From the human T2T-CHM13v2.0 reference genome, Homo sapiens, in NCBI RefSeq assembly GCF_009914755.1, contig NC_060937.1: a stretch of DNA of 64,000 bases; one strand, 5' to 3'. The stretch's first letter is position 1. The number at the start of each line of letters is the position of its first letter. Both the position numbers and the translations under genes were made by a program. Positions 16,652 to 30,557 of the stretch are shown here, piece after piece. The notes under the pieces were generated by a model. It did no database searches. It worked only from the letters and a program-made list of their open reading frames with translations, and was not told the DNA's origin.

Positions 16652-17949
16652 GACGAATTCTCAGACTTGGTAACTAACAGAGTAATAATAATGTGGGAAA
16701 AAGAAAGAAGTTTCCTTAAGTTCCACACTAGAGTGGCAAATGATATTGTTAAGAAAATTAAAATTATAAGAATAAGACAAGGTTTAAGGATAAAAGTATG
16801 AGTTTTGTTTTGATCACATACATATGATCTAAACATATATATATAAAATATATATATTTGACAATTCATCTAGGTAAAAAAGAAATATAATACAAAAGAG
16901 AAGTTGAGATTACAGTGTAAATTTTCAAAGTTTGCTTATCAGAGATACACTGTCGGCGTTAAGATACTACAGAACACGAATAATTTTACATACAGTCCTG
17001 GAAATTTGATCAGTCATAATATTCCAAAATAAATAAATATTAGCATCCTTAGATGCTAATTTACTACTGTTTCATGTGCTATGTTTTCTTTCATTTTATT
17101 TTCAGAGTTATCTTACCTGTACTACTTGATTCATGATATCTTCTAATTAGACAAGTAATCATCTATTCTGATTTTACTTTGCTTGGCCACCTTTTACATT
17201 AGGGGGTATACATTGCTCACTTACAGCTTTCAGAAGCTTCAGGAATGAACATGACCACATTTTCCCTGTATACTTATACTCTCAAGTAATAAAGATATGT
17301 AAACCTTTGAGAGTTATGCAGGAAGAAAGGAATAACCTCATCTTTACCCACACCCACCATGATTTGTTCATAGTTGCTCCTCATGTTTTCACCTGATTAA
17401 TACCTATTATTTGCTTCTTCAGGAGTGCAAATATAACCCACATAACAATTTGGTGCTTAGTATTAATTTTTTCATAGAATTGTTTAATGCCTTTAAGAGA
17501 TAGTAATTTAAAAGCAAACACATTTAATTTGAAGAAGTTTTACTTTATTAAGGGAGAAATTTTGTTGGAATGCTTGCAACTGGACACTTAGCAGTATCAG
17601 ACAAGCTTGCATGACTGTAAACTGCAGAATTTATACAAAAAAGCCATTAAGTTTATCTAAATTATGACATGGATTCTAACCACGCAGAATAAGGAAGAAA
17701 ACTCTTGTTGAGGCTCAGGAGTAAGAGGAAAGGATTAGAGATCAGAAGTGATTGTTTCGCTTTTCTCTTGTCAAAACCCCAGTGAGATGGAGATAGAAAC
17801 TCAGCTTGGCATAGAGGAATCTGGCCACATTTTGCCTGGTGCTCTTCTCCTCCAGCATATCCTGTGGGTTCTAAAATATTTCAGATGATCAATGTGTTGG
17901 TCAGAGTGTCATGTCCAACATAACATAAGAATCCATTATAGTATAAGCA

Positions 17950-18415
17950 CAATAGCAAAAGTAAGGTGATTAAGCATATTGAATGAGCAGGGTGGGTGAT
18001 AAAAGGTGAATGTTAAATTTCTTGTAAAATTTTGACTTTATTACTATAGAGGCAATGAGAAGTTAAAGTCTGTATATATAGTAGTCTTATGATCTCTTTT
18101 ACTTCCTATACAAAGCACTCTAGTGGCTATAGACAGAAACTATGGAGATGGTAGTGGAGACTGAGACTTGTAAAGGGGAGACTAGCTACTCGTCTGCCAC
18201 AGTAGTTCATGCCAAAAATGAGAATAGCTTTAACTAGGTTTGAATAAAGACATTGTGGGAGGTAATCAGATACATGAATTATTTTAGAGGTAAAATTTAA
18301 AAGACAAGTAATGAAATCGTGGTGAGCTATAGAGAAAAGAAGGAAGGTAGATCATACCAAAGTTTTAAGTCCAAGCTTCTGAGTGGGTGGTGGTAAAATG
18401 TGTTGAGATGGATTC
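17950..18415 (-). mobile_element. L2 relic
   Basis: ttgactttattactatagaggcaatgagaagt...gcactctagtggctatagacaga...ataccaaagttttaagtccaagcttctgagtgggtggtggta resembles reverse L2 body. Confidence 0.6.
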
Positions 18416-19980
18416 ATAAAGGTATCAGAGTTTATGCTACTAAATATCTAAATTCAATAACTCATCTCTTTGCCTTATTTTCATGCCTATCCAGCTATCT
18501 CCTAGTGATCATTTTTCTTCCCTTGTAGCTTGTCTATAGGGGAAATAAATTAATGGTTAGACAAACACAAATGTCTGACCTACCTCCCGTAATATCCTCA
18601 CTGCAAATTAATTAATTGCCTTTCTGGACTACATACTTTGTGTTTTGTGAGTTAATCAGTGAAGGTTATCTTTTAAAATTCTAATCAACAGTGTGAACTA
18701 ACAAGTCTTATAGTATAGACTCCTTAGATAATACAGAAAATTTAAAAATACCTTGGTGAACTAACTACCAAGTGGAAAAACCCTACACTACCATTCTCTT
18801 TCCATTCAATTTTCCATATCCGTCTATCTTCAATAGACTATACAAGAAATATGAAATTCATATTTCTGATCAATGAGAACCTTTAACATCTTTTTGCAGA
18901 AACTAATGCAGAGCGCACTCAACTGACACAACAAATATAGCATTTGGAAAGAAATATCAAAATTAATCTGAATTTCCCCAAGGTCTATAAATTCTTGATG
19001 ACACATTGCACTATTTTTTTCCACTGGAGAATTAGTTGTCTTACACTCAGACCCATTATGTCTCCTCTTTCTCTCTTATTTTTCTCCACTCTGTCCCCTT
19101 CCTGAGACATTTCTGGAATGAATCAGTTTGCCAGCAAATTCTCTTCTTAATCCCTGAAGGCACTGAAGTTTTTCCAGAGATGATTGTTAGTCCAAGCATA
19201 TAAAAAGGTTTACTCTTTGGGAGATTCCCATTATTTGTTATTTTGAAAACCAGCTAAAGCTCCATTGCTCCAGTAAAGCAGAAAACATTTGTCAATCATC
19301 CGTGGAAATCCCTTATCGGCAGTTTCCTGTCTATAGTTTAAAGAAAAAAAAATCATGGCTCTTACCATAATACAGTAAAAAGCAGCTCTTTAAGCAAACC
19401 TATTGAGCCCACCTCAATTTTCTACAGAAAACATTGTAAAGAGAGGTTGAAATATTTTTATTTTCACTTTTCTGAAGGAAATTTATTAGAGATTGAAAAT
19501 GGTACTATCATTTATTTATTTTTTTGTCACATAGCTGTGACTCTATACTTAATACCTTTGACCATGTGTGTACTCTAATTAGCAATACACACCCAGACAT
19601 AGTTTTGTTAATATTTGAGAAACTAAGGAGTAGTTTATGGTTTTGGACATTAACAGAATGCCATAAGTAAGTCATTATGAATGTAATTATTAACATATAT
19701 AGATTGAATAAAAATATTGTATAGGCATCCATGAAGTTACATGAATATTATATAAGAAAGTAATAACCCCAATAGTTTAACACACTCTAGCGGTGCCTGA
19801 GGGGCTGACAACCTCATTCAATCCTATGTCCCAGCACTAAGTTAAGCATTTACATCCTAATTTGACTAGCGAGATAGCTAAATGATACAACAAAAACAAT
19901 GACTGTTTTCTTCAATTGCTGGAAAAGGTCTGTTTATATGGTGAAACTTGGTCTTAGATTTACTTCATTGTTTCAAACAG

Positions 19981-20119
19981 GTAGTGAGACTGTGGAGGTG
20001 GGAGACACAAGCCTGATATTCCTCTAAATCTGGAGGCTACAAAAATCAAGTAGGGACATAGAAAGAGGAAGCAAAATTACATTTCTTTGGCATATACTAA
20101 GGATCAGACTTTAGATTAG
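19981..20119 (+). other. Candidate non-coding exon (139 nt)
   Basis: Acceptor tttacttcattgtttcaaacag|G ending at 19980 and donor TAG|GTGAGT at 20119/20120; stop codons in all three frames; no repeat recognised. Confidence 0.3.
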
Positions 20120-20351
20120 GTGAGTGCTTCTCACACATTAGGCAGCATGTGAGTCCTGTGTTACAGTGCAGATTCTCACTCGGTAGGCTTGGGCTCTGGC
20201 CTAATATACTCTCAGTGGAGTACCTGTGCTGCTCCTCACCTGGAAGCAAGACGTAGGTACAATTTTTTAAAAATAATATATATATATATATTTATATATT
20301 GTAAGTGCTGCAGTACTGATAAAAATTTTCAATTAAAAAAAGTAAAATTGT

Positions 20352-20646
20352 GGCTGGGCACGGTGGCTCATGCCTGTAGTCTCAGCACTTTGGGAGGCCG
20401 AGGGGGGCAGATTAACTGAGGTCAGGAGTTCAAGACCAGCCTGGCCAATATGCTGAAACCCCATTTCTACTAAAAATACGAAAATTAGCGAGGCATGGTG
20501 GCACGCGCCTGTAGTCCCAGCTACTCGGGGGGCTGAGGCAGGATAATAACTGGAATCCCCGAGGTGGAGGTTGCAGTGAGCCAGATCGTGCCACTTCACA
20601 CCAGCCTGGGTAACAGAGTGAGACTGTCTCAAAAAAAAAAAAAAAA
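20352..20646 (+). mobile_element. AluS (Sx/Sz-like), full length
   Basis: Alu consensus with poly-A tail grading into GA repeats. Confidence 0.95.
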
Positions 20647-21160
20647 GAGAGAGAGAAAATGATTAAGAAAGAAAACAGTTTTCTTTTTTACTACACTACA
20701 TATAAAACAATGGGATATTTTATAGATTTCCTGCATAATCCTGTGGTAAATATTTCTATTTGAACTTGAAAATGATCGTTTTTAGTTGATTACTGAGTTC
20801 TTTTCCTCTTGATTTAGTTCTGGTGCCTTCCAGATGCAAAAGTACACTTCTCTTGCTCTAAGTTGACAATGACTCCTACCAATGTCATCAGTTATTTTAT
20901 AGTACAATCTTAGATTTGCGACTTCCTTTATTAGCTTCTATAATGGCAGATTCATTTTCTTTTCATGTAGATATCATGGAAAGGTTCATGAAAAGGAAAG
21001 TTTTAAAATATTTGCCTGTCGTTACTTGGTACTATTTTCTAATTTTTTTATATAGAAAAATATTAATGTAATTTATTTTTTATAATTTTATAAATCTAAA
21101 GCCCAATATATTGTTTAACACCAAATAGATAACTATCCACCAGGCTTTCTGTTTTACACA

Positions 21161-21213
21161 TTTATTGAATTGAATTGAATTGAATTCAATTCAATTCAAT
21201 TCAACTCAATAAA
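21161..21213. repeat. (TTGAA)n/(TTCAA)n inverted repeat; 40-bp perfect palindrome 21165-21204
   Basis: tttattgaattgaattgaattgaa|ttcaattcaattcaattcaactcaataaa. Confidence 0.95.
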
Positions 21214-21760
21214 GCAATTATTAAATGTTTATGTTGTATCAGGTATCATCCTAGGAACTATTGATAACTATAGTGATTAAGCATGTTTTTAAGTAACACA
21301 CAGGATAATAAATTAATCAAATAAACAACTAATGTAACAGAAATTATTAGATGTATTTATAGGTACAATAAGATTTTGAGCAAATAAAAATAATAAGAGA
21401 TAGCTCAATGTTAAATATTTACTCTAATATGTAAAGTAGGAGTTATTTTGTGTGGATGGAGTTAGCAGATGGAAAGTAATTTTTCAAGACTTCAAAAACA
21501 TGACCATTGAGTTGGACATTGAGGATGGATAAAGCTGTACCCAGTGGATGAGGGTTTACACTGCTTTGGGCAAAAAGAAAAACCTAAGTCAAGTGAGGAG
21601 GCAGGGAGTGAAGAAATGATTCAGAGAAGATCAAGAAGCCAAAAATGACTAACATTGTCGGCCAATGGTTAGGCATGTTTAAAAGGCAGTAGGAGATATA
21701 ACTTTTAGAAAGTATTTAGATAGAATTTTGAGGGCTATTGAATACAAGGTAAATAAGAAA
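21200..21760 (-). mobile_element. L2 3' region
   Basis: aagcaattattaaatgtttatgttgtatcaggtatcatcctaggaactattgataactatagtgattaag, then gagttggacattgaggatggata; reverse L2 3' end. Confidence 0.6.
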
Positions 21761-23379
21761 TGCCATGTTTTATTATTTTCCTTTACATATTGATGATATC
21801 TTTATGAAATTCATTGGATGATTCCTATTCACAAGAATCATTTATTCATTTTGCTTAATAAGCAACTGATAAATATAAAACAAATATCTTTTCATTTTCC
21901 TGTATTCCTAACTAAGGCAGTCTCTTAACTATTAGAAGTGCATATTACCTTTGATTCCTGATTAAATTATTTTCTATATTTAATTATTATAGATATATTC
22001 ATTAAACTTCCCACAGGACTGGAACATGATTATGCAATATACAGCTTTTAAAACAAATTCTTTTGTAGAAAACAACCACAGAGTAATATGATATTTTAAA
22101 CACCAACATGCATTTTCAACAGAAATTAAATTTCCTGAAAGAAAATACTTTCACTTTAAACATTGGGAACTTAAAATTGAAGATATCGATAGTACATGTA
22201 ATTGTCATTATACTAATTTACCTCTATTTTATTATTCAGTTTTAAACATATTTTGATAAGATATTATCTTCAACTTTGTTTCAGAAAGCCAGCCTTCTTT
22301 GACCCATAAAATGAGCTAAAAAGTAGGTAGAGTGAGAAAATAAAAATAACAGTGGGAAAAAGCTAAGACATGAATAAGCTTAAACTTATTAACTATAATG
22401 GTTTCATATATACTAAATTTGGGTTTGTTAATTAAGTTAATTGCTCCTCCTTCTAATACTGGTATTCTGGCCTGTGCTTTCAAAAATTGTTTGCATTTTT
22501 CTCTCTGCCTTTGTCTATCTATTAATTTAATTATTTTATCACTTCTGAGCAACGTATGCTCCAGTGCGGAAGGAGTTTTTTTTTGATAATAGATAACCTT
22601 ATTCCATTTGTATGGAATAAAAATTTTATAGTTTTAAGTCTGACACTTCTTTTTATAGTATGCTTTCTATTTGATAGTTTTCTTTCTAGTTTTTATTACA
22701 CTATATTGTTTCCTGAATCAATTAGGGTAGACTAAACTGTTTTAACAAATTGATTAAAAAATATGGCCCTTTATATAAAGCTTATTTTTTGCTGATCTAA
22801 AATCATTACATTTGTTATTTTCTTACATGTCTTATATCTCCTCAAATAGTCTGCAAGTTTCATGAAAGCAAACATTTTTAATGTCCTCAAAATCTTTTAT
22901 TAGAGACATATTATAGCATTTGTTTGTGTTTTCTTGCCAAATCTTGCATGTTCTAGTTTTAGTGAATAGGTTTAAATATATCTCTTTCTCTTCATTTGTC
23001 CATTTATGTTGCTTTCTTTATACCTTGTTTGGCTAATTGATATCATCAGAATTTCATTGCTGATGTAATTTGTTTTTTTTTAATTTCTGCTTTAATATAT
23101 ATTTTTCTAGCTAGTCAAGTATTCCCTATTTTAAGCTTCAATAACATTTTGTGCAAAAGTCTCTCTTGCAAAATTAATACTATTAATACATTGATTCCTT
23201 ATGAATAGTATTTTGCCCTCATGGAGTCCTGAAATAGGAGAGAATACAGACTACACACTATTTTGACTGAAATCCTGGCTATTTTTTAACTCCATGAGGT
23301 GTTCAGCTTCAGAGGAAAATACAATAGAGATTCTAAAATTAGGCCAAAGTTGTATTTTGACCAAGACTTAACATGGGCT

Positions 23380-23856
23380 AAAAGACTAAATGGCCTGCAA
23401 CCTATCGCTAAATCTCTGACTCATTTTCTAAATTTCTTCCCATTATTCACTTGTCTCCAGCCATTCTAGTCTTATTGCTTTTCCCCAAAACATGCCAAAC
23501 TCACTCTCATTCCACAGTATTTGTACTTAATGTTATCTCTGCTTGTAATGATTTTGAAAAAAAATGTTCAGGTAGCTTGCTTCTCTACTTCATTCAGACG
23601 TCTGTTCAAATGTCATGTCATCAGAGAGATTTTCTCTAATAATCTTTCTTAGGCATCCTCCACTTTATCAATCTTTATCATTCATCTGGTCTTACTCATC
23701 ATCGTAGCACTTATTATTAGAAGTAAATTAATTTTTTTATTGTTTGCTCTACAAAAACATAAGCTCTATGAGAGTTTTATGTATGTTTTGTAAACTTCTG
23801 TTTTCTAGGATCTAGGTCAATACCCACCCAGTAAGCTTTGGTTGTTTGAATGAACC
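23380..23856 (+). mobile_element. L2a-like 3' end
   Basis: ctccagccattctagtcttattgct...catgccaaactc...cttcattcagacgtctgttcaaatgtca...taagctctatgagag...tttgaatgaa. Confidence 0.8.
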
Positions 23857-26412
23857 AAAAATGTGTCAGTAATAAATGGATGTTCAACAAATTGCAGTTG
23901 ATAGTCCTCAGCCAAATACTCCAAGTGCTTATACAGATGAATATTTAATACTATATGGACAGTTTATTATATTTAAATTCATAATTCCCAGATTGGGTTG
24001 ATAATTTAAGAACAAACATGTTTTTAATACCTTCTCATGCCTTGATGTAAAATATCATAAAGTTCTGAGATCCTAAACATGAGTAAAGCACAGCTCTGTA
24101 TTTAAGATATGCACAATCTAAGAAAATAGATTACTAGGTACACGTATATTCCAAACTGTATAAAATCTCATGCCAGATAACAGTACTTTTGAGGTCTGAG
24201 ATTATATATATATTTTTCATACCAAATTTCCTTAATCTAGTACAAAAAGCCCTCAACATTGTTGAGTTGTATTTTCTCCTTATTTGTTGTCATGTTTCTT
24301 TTTATTTTGAGAGATTACATCTGGCTATAATCACCCACCATGGGCAAAATTCTCTGTCCAAGTAGTAGCTCTACAAAAAGGAAATTAAAATTATATCCCA
24401 TGCTGATCATACCAGTGGTTTCTGCCTATTTATATATAGCTTTCTTTAAATAGAAAATAAAGATATTTTTTGTTCTGCATTCTCCAATCTGGGTATTTTG
24501 CTCTCAATCCTTGTTATTTGTCCAATTTTCTCAAAGTACATTTTGGAAATAAGACAAAATTTAGGCAACAATTTATTTTAAAATCCATTAGAGTTACTTG
24601 TTTAAATTTAAATAAGTTTAAAATTATGTGTTTTTTACTTCATTTCACCCATCTCTAAGGGCAACATTTATTATAATGCAAATTGCCACTGTTAAGATAC
24701 ATCTTTTCATCTTTATAAAGTAAAAATTATTAGGTATTCATTTGTAAAATGCAATATCTTTGTGCCAGTCATTCAAGTAATACCAGTGCTAGATCACTAA
24801 TAATGCTAGATTTACCGTAATTGAATTTCTCTAAAATAGCAAGCTGTTAGGACTATTAAGTGCCCAGTCAAAAATTTCCCATATGTCTCAATTAAAATGT
24901 GTCAGCTACACAGGATAGATAAACATATGAAACTTGAAGTCATGTGAAACTCCAAACTTCTGTTTTCAAATGAGTAATTTAAAACATCTAACTCTTTATT
25001 TAAAAATGTGCATGAATATATCTTTTCCTTGCAAAATATCCATTATTATCTCATTTAGTCTCTTGGGGCAAAGCCAAGTAAAACTCATAGGGTAGGAGAT
25101 CTTTTTCTTTTATCAGTTGTTTATAGAGATTTTCAAACATTATGTGCCTTGGAATAAAGTTACATCATAATTATGACTCATTACAGTGCTACCAAATAGG
25201 TGCAAAATCAAATTATAAGTCATAATTATCTAATAGCTCTTAGGGTTGGTTTGATTGCTTCAAGGAGCAGTTAGTTATCACTTGCAGCTAAGGTATTTTT
25301 CATTGTTTGAGTTTCATATTTCTTGAATCATTTGTCTTTTCACTGGTTTTAAGTTTTTATTCTCCTTGATATCCTAATGAAATGGAAATTTCTCCTGAAC
25401 AAAGACTGTGACTTTATACAGATTGAATATAACTGTGAATATATGCATGTGTATCTGTGTGTGCATTTTTAAGTTTCTTTAGAATACCTAATTTACAAAC
25501 ACACCTACTGCTTTTAATATGTGCATGTTTATATAAAAGCATATACATGTGTATGTAAGAGCTGAATGTAAAATGAGTATCATAGGTATTTTCTAATATT
25601 AGGATTTACCAAAGCATCAGTAATGCACTTTTAAAAAATAAAATCTGCCATAATTAGAGATTCAGTTGTTCTTTTATAATTAAAAAAAACACTAAAACAA
25701 AATTCACAATCATTGATAATAATCACTGTCTATGAAAATTAGAATTTTTGGCAATTTTATTTTTGAAGGAACTAAGAAAACATGCATTTAAACACATTGA
25801 TAGGGATGTGTCAATGGAGCATACATATTTTTGTTTAGACCCCATAGATTCATGTTGCAGAATTTAATCACAAATATCTCTAACCTAATGCATAATCAAT
25901 GAAATATTAGACATGTGTGTATATTTTTAAATTCTAAGAATCTTAAAGTTGTAAGAACATCAGAATATTTGTGTGGGAATGTTTCTCACTTCTGTATCAA
26001 ACCACTTTCCCATTTAGGAGTTTTTTACGCGGTTATCAGTCAAAAGTGCGTTTTGATCTATTATGTCATCTGGGAGAACAAAACAATCTCATATCTACGA
26101 TAACATTACAGCAATTTCTCGGTGCTGTGCCTTTTTAACTTTTACTGTGTTTTGATTGTTCGTTTGTGTTTGTTTTTGTTTTTCCTTTTTTTCTCAAGTT
26201 AACCTTGAAGTCAGAAAATGTCCAAATGACCAGGGATTATTCTGTCTTGAAATTAAATGTATGCCTCCCCTAAAATTTCCTGGCAATTGTACTATTTGCT
26301 CTAATATTTTTCAAAATCACAATGCACTTAGTTTTCTCTGTGATAAATGTATTAATCTCTCATTAATTTTGTGTGTTTAGATGTATTTGATATATTTATT
26401 TTTAAAAAAATA

Positions 26413-26722
26413 GGCCAGGCACGGTGGCTCACACCCATAATCCAGCACTTTAGGAGGCCAAGGTGAAAGGATTGCTTGAGCCCAGGAGTTCAAGATCAGC
26501 CTGGGCAACATAGAGAGACCCAGCTCTACAAAAAATAATGAAAAGAAAAAAATAGCCCAGTGTGGTGGTGCATACCTGTTGTCTCAGCTACTCAGGAGGC
26601 TGAGGTGGGAGGATCACTTGAGCCCAAGAGATCAAGGATGCAGTGAGCAGTGATCATGCCACTACACTCCAGCCTGGGCAACAGAATGAGACTCTGCCTC
26701 CAAAAGAATAAAAATAAAATAG
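26413..26722 (+). mobile_element. AluJ, full length
   Basis: ggattgcttgagcccaggagttcaagatcagcctgggcaacatag and gaggatcacttgagccca are J-type; TSD aaaaaaata at 26404-26412 and 26723-26731. Confidence 0.93.
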
Positions 26723-26731
26723 AAAAAAATA

Positions 26732-27050
26732 CTATTGTGTGCACACTATGTGTCAGTTTCTAAGACTGCAAACACCTGTGCTTGTGAAGTTTGCAATACA
26801 GTAAAGAAGACGAGCAAATAAGAAAGCAAGCAAGGTGCATTGCTGGAGACAAAAAGCCAAGAGGAAGCAGAAAATGTAGGTTATGGGACTTAGAGTGGGT
26901 CATCAGGATCAGCTTCTTTGAGGTGGCTTTAGGTCAAAACCAGAAAGATCATGGTTTTTAGCTTGTGCGAAAAGCAAAAGGAATGAAACTTCAGGCAGAA
27001 ACAGGAGCAGAAATGAGAATATTCTCGACAGAAAGGAGCATTTTACTTTC
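26732..27050 (-). mobile_element. L2 relic
   Basis: tattgtgtgcacactatgtgtcag...cctgtgcttgtgaagtttgcaatacagt...catcaggatcagcttctttgaggtggc. Confidence 0.6.
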
Positions 27051-27575
27051 TGCTTTTGGCATTCAAATAAAATTTCAATAAAAGCAAACTACAGCAATTC
27101 CGTGGATCATTGACCGCAGCATGATGCTCATTGCAAAACAGGCATTCAATAAAGATTTGTTGAATAAACTTTGCATGTATTGAGAAATACATCAATGCTC
27201 ATAACCATGACTACTGCTTTAACATTTGGAAAGAATAGAAAATTTTCGAATTTGGGATATTTACTTATTTTATTGTTTTAATTTTAGAATTGAGTAAAAT
27301 GTATTCTTAACTTCATGAAAATTGCCAATAGTTTTGAAAAGAAACATATCCCAACATGTACATATGTCTATTTATTGATGTATACTTACTAATCTAAATT
27401 TTTTACACCATTCTCCTTGCCACAAGCAATCATACTTATTTTCATCTGTTTTTGGTGCATACATTTTAATTTTGTTATTATAATTTGTTATTTTGAAATT
27501 GATTTTAATTTCTATGGATACTACATTGTTATAGGGTTCTTTCTGCTTCTCCACTTACAAACTTAGTCTATATTT

Positions 27576-27617
27576 CAAACAGATTCATTGAGGTATATAT
27601 GATGTATAATAAACTGC

Positions 27618-27655
<38 letters not shown>

Positions 27656-29100
27656 TACAATCAAATGAGTCTTAGCATACGTATATACCTTGGAAACCAT
27701 TACTACAAGAATATAAGCATATCCATCAGCCTCAGAAGTTTCCTTGTGTCCCATGGTAACCCAATTGCTCTCTACTCCATTCTTCCATCCATGGGCTTTG
27801 ATTTGTTTTCTGTCAGAATAGATTAGCTTGTACTTCTAGAATTTTATTTAAATGAACTCGTAAGTATAAACTTGTTTTTTTTCCTTGCTACTTCCACACA
27901 ACATAATTATTTTGAAATGTGTGCATATTGTTACATGTCCCAATAGTTCATTTGTTTCACTGATGGTAGTATTCTTTTGTATGGCTATACCACAGATTGT
28001 TCATCTATTCATCAGTTGGTGAACATATGAGTTATTTTCAATATTGATTAACATAAATAGAGTGTGTATGTGCACATAAAACTTTTATTTTTCTTCAATA
28101 AATATCTTGGAGAAAAGTGGATGGGTTGTATGACAGATGTATGTTTAATTTTTAAGAAAACTGTTAAACTATTTACTCAAGTAGTTGTTTCCCTATTATA
28201 AACTGATAAGCAGTGCTTGTGAATTCTGGTTCCTCTGCCTTCTTCCCATAACTTGGTATGGTCAATCTGTTAAATTTTAGCTCTTTGTAGTGTGTGTGTA
28301 ATGAGCTTTCACAGTGGTTGTAATTTCAATTTCCCTAACGGTTGATAATGTTAACATCTTGCACATTTTGTATCCTTGTCTTTATCAAAGTATCTCTTCA
28401 AATTTATGCTGTTTTTGTGTGTGTGTTACTGTTGATGTTTTGCTCATTTTTAAATTGGGCTTTTTGTCTTAATAGCCCAGTTGGGTGGAAGGTTTTTTAC
28501 ACATGAGAGATATAAGTTCTTTGTTGGATATATGTTCTGAGAATTTTTCATGGTATATTTTGATGAACAAAAGTTCGATTTTGATGAAGTCAAATTTACG
28601 GATTTTCAATAACTTGCTTTTTGTGTACTATTAAAAATCTTTTCCAAGTCCTATCTCACTGTGATTTTCTCCTATGTTTACTTATACAAGCATAAATTTT
28701 ACTTCTAGCATTTATTGTTATGATCCATTTCAGTTTAATTTTGATTGTGATAAAGGACAAGATGGGTTCATTATTTTGCTTATGGTTATCCAATTTTTCT
28801 GGCCCAATTTGTTTTAAAGTTTATCCTTTCTCCATTGAACTGTCTTGGTAACTTTGTTGAAAAGCAACTGCCAATATATACACGTGGGTTTACTTCTGTG
28901 CTCTCTGTTCTGTTTCATTCTTAAAGTATATGCTTATCTTCACATCCAAACTCACTGTCTAGGTAACCATGGCTCTATGATGTCTTCAAATCTGGTAATA
29001 CAAGTCTTCCAGCTTTTTCTTCTTTTGAAAGTTGTTTAAGCTATTGTAATTCTTTGCAATTTGATACAATCTTAGAATTAGCTTCTCAATTTCTACCAAA
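27576..29100 (-). mobile_element. Old L1M (L1MC/MD/ME-type) 3' end and ORF2 tail, with internal (TA)n
   Basis: attgaggtatatatgatgtataataaactgca...catatccatcagcctcagaagtttcc...atagattagcttgtacttctagaatttta...ctttctccattgaactgtcttggtaactttgttgaaaagcaactg. Confidence 0.88.
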
Positions 29101-29491
29101 TAATCATTTTTCATCTTCACTCTGCAATGTTTCTCTGCTTCTAGAAGGCCATCCCATACCCAGATCACTGTCTATCTGCTTTCATGTGTCTTGTTTAGTT
29201 TCTTTTTAAAATACAATTCATCAAGGTTTCCTTGGATCCAACACTCTTGGCTAGTTCCGTAGAAAACTATGATTACCGTATTTTTGTATTTCTTGTTACC
29301 ACAAGAAAACAAGGTGCTTTGCATGATTGTAAAAACATTTGGGCCCTAGAGTTTTGAATATAGCTTAAACTTTCTTTCATGCCTATTGGCTTACACAATT
29401 TTCTATCATTTCTTATGCCAATTATAGCTTTTTATGTTTTTTCAGAAATTTGTCTGTTATTTTTCCAAATATTCAAACTGATGAGTAGATA

Positions 29492-30557
29492 CAGAGATAA
29501 TAGTCCTTATCTGTGTGGTTCTATATGCACACCTTTTAGTTCCCAAAGTTTAGTTAAATAACACCAGTCCCCCATCTACCATGGTTCACATTTCGGTTAC
29601 CATGACTGAAATAACTGTAAATAATCACATATAGTCTGAATTTTGCTGCTAACTCTTCAATCTACAAATCACTGTATAAATAATAAATGTATACCATAAT
29701 TAGTGACCAATCGTCACATTCCTTGTCTGCAGTGAATGGTGACTGTACATATATTATTTATTTCAAAAATAGACAACAAAGAATGTTGTTGTGTTGCCGC
29801 CTTGGCCCCCAGTGATAAGCCCAAATGATCGTTTACAAAATAGATAATCCAAAGACAGAGTTGCCCAACAAAGGTACAAGTGTCACAAAAACACAGAACA
29901 TGAAATTTGAATGGAATGTAAACATAGTTATAAAAGAAATAGCTGATCATGAGAATGTTGATACCTCCACCTTTCCAGAGACTCCAGATATGCAGACACA
30001 GGAACTTAGTGAAAGTAAATCTACCAATATAAATTAGGAAAGGAAGTGTGTCCAAAAGGATGAGGATGCCGAAGAAGAAGTGACACCAGGTAAATCCTTA
30101 TTTTAAAGGGACTCAGAGATACTCCACAATATTGCAAATGTGATAAAATGCTGAAGCAGATCCAAACTTATAAATGAGCAAGTCAATTCCTAATGTATAG
30201 AAAATAAATGTTCCCTTCTCATAATAAGCTGCATCATGAGAATTAGAAAGAGAGCAATGTTCCAAGTTCTTTTCATAATTTTTTTTTACAAAGAAATATA
30301 ACATATTGATGCTTGGTGTTTCTAATGTTTTAAATTAGTGTGTAAAATATAGTTTCATGATTTAAAAATTTTCTTGTACATTGTTAACTAACCATAAGAT
30401 AGATTTTAATGTGACAAGTTAAGTAAAGATCTTAGAACAATTGTAATTTTCTCAATTGATTACTCAGATTGCTTTGCATGGTTTTGGCTTGCTGGAGTTC
30501 AGCTTGTATAGTCATTTCTATGGTTCTACACTGCCACGCTCAAGTGGGGATCACCTG
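29492..30557 (+). mobile_element. TcMar-Tigger non-autonomous deletion derivative with degraded terminal inverted repeats
   Basis: Left end cag..tagtccttatctgtgtggttc and right end ..caagtggggatcacctg are degraded TIRs; ORF 29825-30037 (..DNPKTELPNK..IKEIADHENVD..DMQTQELSE) resembles the N-terminus fused to the acidic C-terminal part of a Tigger/CENP-B-like transposase. Confidence 0.8.

Noticed and set aside
16489-16869. 126-aa ORF with THTHTH repeat
   Set aside because: It is a translation of the (GT)21 microsatellite and a MIR.
17085-17160. Plus-strand acceptor ttttattttcag next to a minus-strand donor (cttacctg)
   Set aside because: No convincing partner splice sites; likely chance in T-rich DNA.
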